This document shows, one piece after another, positions 58,212 to 62,007 of a DNA stretch of 62,007 nt. Numbering within the stretch: the stretch's first letter is position 1; every line of letters starts with the position of its first letter. Below the pieces are notes generated by a model that had not been told where the DNA came from, did not search any database, and was given only the letters and a program-made list of their open reading frames with translations. Made by a program: the position numbers and the translations under genes. This stretch comes from a virus (taxonomy: Duplodnaviria > Caudoviricetes), in IMG/VR virus record IMGVR_UViG_3300046323_000511, positions 1 through 62,007 of that record; one strand, written 5' to 3'.

Positions 58212-58682
58212 ATGAAAAATCTAAATTTCCGTTATTTGCTAGTAGGTATAATCGCTTTCGTAGTTTTATTTTGCAACATCACATTTGCCCAAAAGAACTA
58301 CTATTTAGCTATTGAAAGCAAGGTAGGTAATGAAAGAACATTCCAAATGAATTTAGAGAAAAAAACGACAACCATTGTGTTATCTAAAAAAGATAGTCTT
58401 GGTATTAATGTCAAATGTTTTGAGGATGCGGCTTTTTCAAAACTATCCGATTTGCAACCTGTTACCATCGAATTAGGCAAATTATCTAATGGCGAATACA
58501 TTTCTCTTGGCACTTATCCCAATAATATTGTACTTGCCACACTAGATTTAGGCTATTTAGAAAATGATGTTTTATTCATAACGACTGATAAGTTTGATGG
58601 TGATTCAGGAAAATTAAAAGCCTGTTTAGGGATATACCTTCTTCCCGAAAATTTTGAGGCAAAAAAAAGGGGACTTAAATAG
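58212..58682 (+). CDS. Secreted/periplasmic moron protein
   Basis: Signal peptide ending ITFA/Q; opposite strand to neighbours; own promoter motif and terminator. Confidence 0.75.
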   Translation: MKNLNFRYLLVGIIAFVVLFCNITFAQKNYYLAIESKVGNERTFQMNLEKKTTTIVLSKKDSLGINVKCFEDAAFSKLSDLQPVTIELGKLSNGEYISLGTYPNNIVLATLDLGYLENDVLFITTDKFDGDSGKLKACLGIYLLPENFEAKKRGLK

Positions 58683-58693
58683 CCCCTTTTTTT
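58661..58693. terminator. Bidirectional terminator
   Basis: A8-GGGG-acttaaatag-CCCC-T7. Confidence 0.7.
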
Positions 58694-58698
58694 ATTGA

Positions 58699-59280
58699 TT
58701 ATTTTTTCTTCTTATTTTGCATTTGCTTTAAATACTGCTGAGTTCCTTTTGTATTCATCGTTTTTGCATTTGCCTTGTTAAGGCTTTTTGTTACATTTTC
58801 AGGCACATTGCCGCTTCCCATACTATTGCCAAGCACAGGAATAGATTCTCCTTTTACAACCTTTTTAGGCTTGTCAATTGCTTCTTCATCTCCAGTAATA
58901 CTTGTTTTATTTAGTACCCAGTTCCCATCGCTACCCATATCAGCACCATATTTACCAATTATCGTGCTTCCTCCAATATCTTGGACATTTGCGATACCGT
59001 CTATAGCCCTTATATTGGTTTCTGTATCGGGCTGGTTCTCATTAGTTTTTAGGTACCTGTCGTTTGTCTTGTTTTTCTCGTAAATATATCTCAACTGTGC
59101 GTTGGTGAATTTTTTATTATCCTGTCTTGTATAGCTACCATCGCTATCCAAAGTCATATTTTGAGCATCTAGCCATTTTTCAAAGGTAGGCTGTGGCTTT
59201 GTCATAGCCATTTTCTTTCCTGTCATTTTCCCCTCTTTCATATTGGCATACGCCTGTTTCATTTTATCACTTGCTTTCAT
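58699..59280 (-). CDS. Lys/Asn-rich hypothetical protein
   Basis: 193 aa downstream of terminase. Confidence 0.65.
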   Translation of the reverse strand: MKASDKMKQAYANMKEGKMTGKKMAMTKPQPTFEKWLDAQNMTLDSDGSYTRQDNKKFTNAQLRYIYEKNKTNDRYLKTNENQPDTETNIRAIDGIANVQDIGGSTIIGKYGADMGSDGNWVLNKTSITGDEEAIDKPKKVVKGESIPVLGNSMGSGNVPENVTKSLNKANAKTMNTKGTQQYLKQMQNKKKK

Positions 59281-59304
59281 CGTTTTATCTTTTTTGTTTG
59301 AAAT

Positions 59305-61326
59305 TTAATTTAAAGCCATTCTTTTGTTTTTCTTTATAAAATCATATACGTTGATTGCAGGTTTTGGGTTCTTGAATACTTTCTTGTCCCCTATGATTGC
59401 CATCCCTGCCGCCATTGTTAAGTCAAATTTTTGGGTATTGGATATATCGAATTCTATCAGATCATCTATCAGTTCGTCAAATAATAGTTCGTGTCCGTAA
59501 TCTATTACCTGGCTCTCCAAAAACTCCGCAATCTGCTGGTGTGTTTTTGTCCCTGTCGGTATTCCTTTTTCACCCTTCTCTACTTCTTCATTTGTCTTAT
59601 TGGTCGTTACTGCTGGTCGGTACATCAGGTAGTTGTCATATCCTCTTGCCTCTATATACTTTATGCAGCCTATCTTGGTATTCTCTATTGCCAAATGGCA
59701 GGAAAAAAACACAGCCATCTTTATCATATCCTCGTAAAACAAATCCCTTTTCTTGGGCCTTCCATAATACTGTACCACAAAGTTTGCATTATGGTATAAT
59801 CCTATCTGTAATGCGTCATACTTCTTATACAGATATGCTGCTCCCTGCGAGGCTCTGGCTAAATCTCCTGGTTTATCCGCCTCAAATGGATCCACCCCTA
59901 TCACATATTTCCCACTATTTACAGGAGACTTTACTCCTTTTATAAGTTGGTAGGCATTGGCTTCCGCCATATTTTCAGGCAACCATCCCACCAAAAAATT
60001 CCCATTATCATCATCCTCAAATTTCACTACGGTATCCCTTACTCCATTCTCCCACACAAATTTCCCCCTTCTTAGCCAAGTCTCGCCATTGAGTTTTTTT
60101 CTGTCTAGTTCGTTTTTACGTTTTTCTAAAATTTCTAAATCGAATAAGCAATTATCATTCGTTGCACTCAAAGCATCTTCTTCAGTCAAAGGATACTTCC
60201 TTTTATAATCTGCCAAAGTTTCAAATTTTTTCTTGGCAATCAAGTCTTCCCTGTTATTCATTATAAACTCGGTAGCCTCTTTTGTTTTGCTTCCACCAAA
60301 TTCATCTATAAATCCTTCTAGTCCATCCGCACAGGAAATAAACAATCTAAATAACCCGGAAGTAGTTCTTCCGTTTTTATTCAAGTCATTAGGGTTTGAT
60401 TCACTCCATATCTTTATAAAGTTCTTACCCCCTTTTTTCTCCATCTCCTCCACCGTGCTTTCAAGTATTGCCTTGCCCGTAATCTTATCGCCCACGGTAA
60501 GGCACTCTTTCACTACCCTCCAAGTCTCCGAGACATCGGCTTCGGTTGTTTTTCCTGCCTCATTCATAAGGTAGTAAAATAATCCTTCCCCATCGTAGGC
60601 ATTACTCTTGGAGTTCCTAAATCCTATTTCGGATTCTAGCGCCACACTATTTTTGATTGCCCTATTTTTTTTGGTCGTTCTGATGGATGGCTCAAAAAAC
60701 CTTAACACCATTTTCGGATCAGAGCTTCCATCGTGTATCGGCTGCATAAATTCCGGCTCTTTCCTCCAAGAACTCACAAGCCTTGCAAATACACTTCTTG
60801 CATCCGCTTCAGTTTTCGATTGTATGCCGCAAAGAACTTGGTGGCGTTTAATAACCCTGTTGTATATGATAGCATTACTCCGGTGCGTACTTCCGTCCCT
60901 TCTGTGCTTCATATATATCACCCCAAAACAATTATCTGCCTTATGAAAACAGTAATCGTAATACAGGTGTATTCTCCTATCCCTATCCCTGTAATCCTTT
61001 GTTCCTGTTCCTCTCCCCTGCAAGGGTATTTTCCAGTAGTTTAATTCGTGGTAGTGGTCGCCTGTGATATACGTTGGCTCTCCATTACACATAAACCAAT
61101 ATCCTGTATCGCACCTTTCAAACTCTCTCCATATAAACTCTTCCTGCTTCTTCGTCCAGATTGGGGAACCAAATTCATCCCTATCTATCTCTCGAAATAT
61201 TAATGGGATAGCAGTCTTGGTCAATTTCTGTTTATTGGTAGGTAGTTCACTCCCCGGAATATAACCTTTCGGTATTTCGGGAATAGGGATTTCCAACTCG
61301 CCAATTTTCTCTAATTTACTATACAC
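59305..61326 (-). CDS. terL: Terminase large subunit
   Basis: YITGDHY, YMKHRRDGST (Walker A variant), MNEAGK (Walker B), LESTV, RKYP, IGVDP, AIEN, KFDLTMA nuclease motifs; GTG start. Confidence 0.9.
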   Translation of the reverse strand: MYSKLEKIGELEIPIPEIPKGYIPGSELPTNKQKLTKTAIPLIFREIDRDEFGSPIWTKKQEEFIWREFERCDTGYWFMCNGEPTYITGDHYHELNYWKIPLQGRGTGTKDYRDRDRRIHLYYDYCFHKADNCFGVIYMKHRRDGSTHRSNAIIYNRVIKRHQVLCGIQSKTEADARSVFARLVSSWRKEPEFMQPIHDGSSDPKMVLRFFEPSIRTTKKNRAIKNSVALESEIGFRNSKSNAYDGEGLFYYLMNEAGKTTEADVSETWRVVKECLTVGDKITGKAILESTVEEMEKKGGKNFIKIWSESNPNDLNKNGRTTSGLFRLFISCADGLEGFIDEFGGSKTKEATEFIMNNREDLIAKKKFETLADYKRKYPLTEEDALSATNDNCLFDLEILEKRKNELDRKKLNGETWLRRGKFVWENGVRDTVVKFEDDDNGNFLVGWLPENMAEANAYQLIKGVKSPVNSGKYVIGVDPFEADKPGDLARASQGAAYLYKKYDALQIGLYHNANFVVQYYGRPKKRDLFYEDMIKMAVFFSCHLAIENTKIGCIKYIEARGYDNYLMYRPAVTTNKTNEEVEKGEKGIPTGTKTHQQIAEFLESQVIDYGHELLFDELIDDLIEFDISNTQKFDLTMAAGMAIIGDKKVFKNPKPAINVYDFIKKNKRMALN

Positions 61327-61368
61327 AACTAATTAATATATTCCAAATATATACAAAATTATTTAAAC

Positions 61369-61399
61369 AAAAAAAGCACACAAATTATTTGTGTGCTTT
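61369..61399 (-). terminator. Intrinsic terminator
   Basis: AAAGCACACAAAT-t-ATTTGTGTGCTTT. Confidence 0.75.
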
Positions 61400-61419
61400 G
61401 AGCTCGAAAGAAAAACAAC

Positions 61420-61647
61420 TTAGTCTACCCAAGTAATCGCTTTTACTCCCCACATTTGCCCTTCTTGGAGTTTTCTGATAGCAAGTGTGTATGCCGCTTT
61501 CGCTTCTCCACTTGTAGAACTCTCTCGCAAGTTGTATAACTCATCTATCGTCTCAGCCACTAAAATCTTTATTAGATTTACTGCTGGGTTTCCAGAAGGG
61601 TTAAAACTCATTCCTACCGCCTTTTGTCCGAAAGTTAATTCGCTTAT
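61420..61647 (-). CDS. Acb2/Tad1-like helical-hairpin protein (possible anti-defence nucleotide sponge), probable ATA start
   Basis: (I)SELTFGQKAVGMSFNPSG...AYTLAIRKLQEGQMWGVKAITW; ATG at 61611 is internal. Confidence 0.5.
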   Translation of the reverse strand: MSELTFGQKAVGMSFNPSGNPAVNLIKILVAETIDELYNLRESSTSGEAKAAYTLAIRKLQEGQMWGVKAITWVD

Positions 61648-61657
61648 AATATATTAA

Positions 61658-61686
61658 TCGGGTTTTATAAAGCCGCCCAAGGCTGT
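61658..61686 (-). other. Compact H-type pseudoknot-like repeat, copy A (copy B at 61917-61946 = 44-73)
   Basis: AGCC-UUGGGC-GGCU-UUAUAAAA-CCCGA. Confidence 0.45.
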
Positions 61687-61690
61687 GTCT

Positions 61691-61903
61691 TTAAGATTTT
61701 TTTATTTTAACCCATTGGTTTTTTTCAGGATCATAATACTCTAGTGTTTCCAGATTTATAACCTGATAATCAAGGTCGTTTTTTGCCAATAGCAAATGGG
61801 TTTTCTCTATTTCATTTACCACCTCTAGGTGTGGAAGAGGATTACCCTTGTTAAAATTATAATCAGGATTTTCTCTATCAAATCGTCCTACTAAGTAACT
61901 CAT
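61691..61903 (-). CDS. Hypothetical protein
   Basis: 70 aa flanked by the two pseudoknot-like repeats. Confidence 0.7.
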   Translation of the reverse strand: MSYLVGRFDRENPDYNFNKGNPLPHLEVVNEIEKTHLLLAKNDLDYQVINLETLEYYDPEKNQWVKIKKS

Positions 61904-62007
61904 TTTTGTAGTTGCATCGGGTTTTATATAGGCCGCCCAAGCCTGTCTTTGTTTTGAAATAGTCTTGTAAATATCTAAAAAGGCAAATCATCCTGAACGA
62001 CTAAATC
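61874..62007. repeat. Terminal direct repeat (right copy)
   Basis: Matches 1-134 with one mismatch. Confidence 0.95.

Noticed and set aside
23169-61264. Numerous + strand ORFs of 60-230 aa overlapping large minus-strand genes (e.g. 51121-51780, 59397-59945)
   Set aside because: Antisense shadows of real genes with Ser/Leu/Phe-rich composition and no leader motifs.
1-62007. Stop-codon reassignment as in some crAss-like phages
   Set aside because: Core genes (terL, portal, MCP, 2504-aa protein) are uninterrupted in the standard code, TAG and TGA both end genes, and no suppressor tRNA is seen.
1-62007. tRNA/rRNA genes, introns and inteins
   Set aside because: No full cloverleaf found by eye; DnaB and TerL are of normal length without intein motifs.
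1-62007. Impression that CTAG is unusually frequent
   Set aside because: Not counted; may reflect CTA leucine codon usage and needs a Markov-corrected k-mer analysis.

Overview
The window looks like a complete, circularly assembled ~61.9-kb AT-rich tailed-phage genome: positions 1-134 recur at 61874-62007 with one mismatch. The host is probably Bacteroidota, given TAnnTTTG -7 boxes, A-rich leaders without Shine-Dalgarno motifs and a Bacteroidetes-type tyrosine integrase. Most genes are on the minus strand. The structural module is podovirus-like and reminiscent of crAss-like/Cellulophaga phages: terminase, portal, scaffold, major capsid, fibres, endolysin with small membrane proteins, tail ring and stabilization proteins, and three probable ejection proteins including one of 2504 aa. 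The replication/methylation module has an initiator with internal iteron-like repeats, a C5 MTase, DnaB, an amino-MTase and YopX. A small lysogeny module (XRE regulator plus integrase) and many small unknown ORFs are also present. The most unusual signals are: (i) a + strand array of six single-gene units at 19.9-23.0 kb, each with an AAC-N17-CGT (ECF-sigma-like) promoter, a shared leader and a terminator, plus AGTCCGCAAA boxes in the later units; (ii) an integron attC-like cassette with a reverse-oriented gene next to a truncated methyltransferase cassette at 32.2-32.8 kb; (iii) candidate small RNAs antisense to the phage's shared translation leader at 35.5 kb; (iv) a duplicated compact pseudoknot, one copy upstream of an Acb2/Tad1-like ORF with a probable non-ATG start; (v) an A10 tract that frameshifts a gene start. 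All assignments come from motif recognition by eye; no searches were run.
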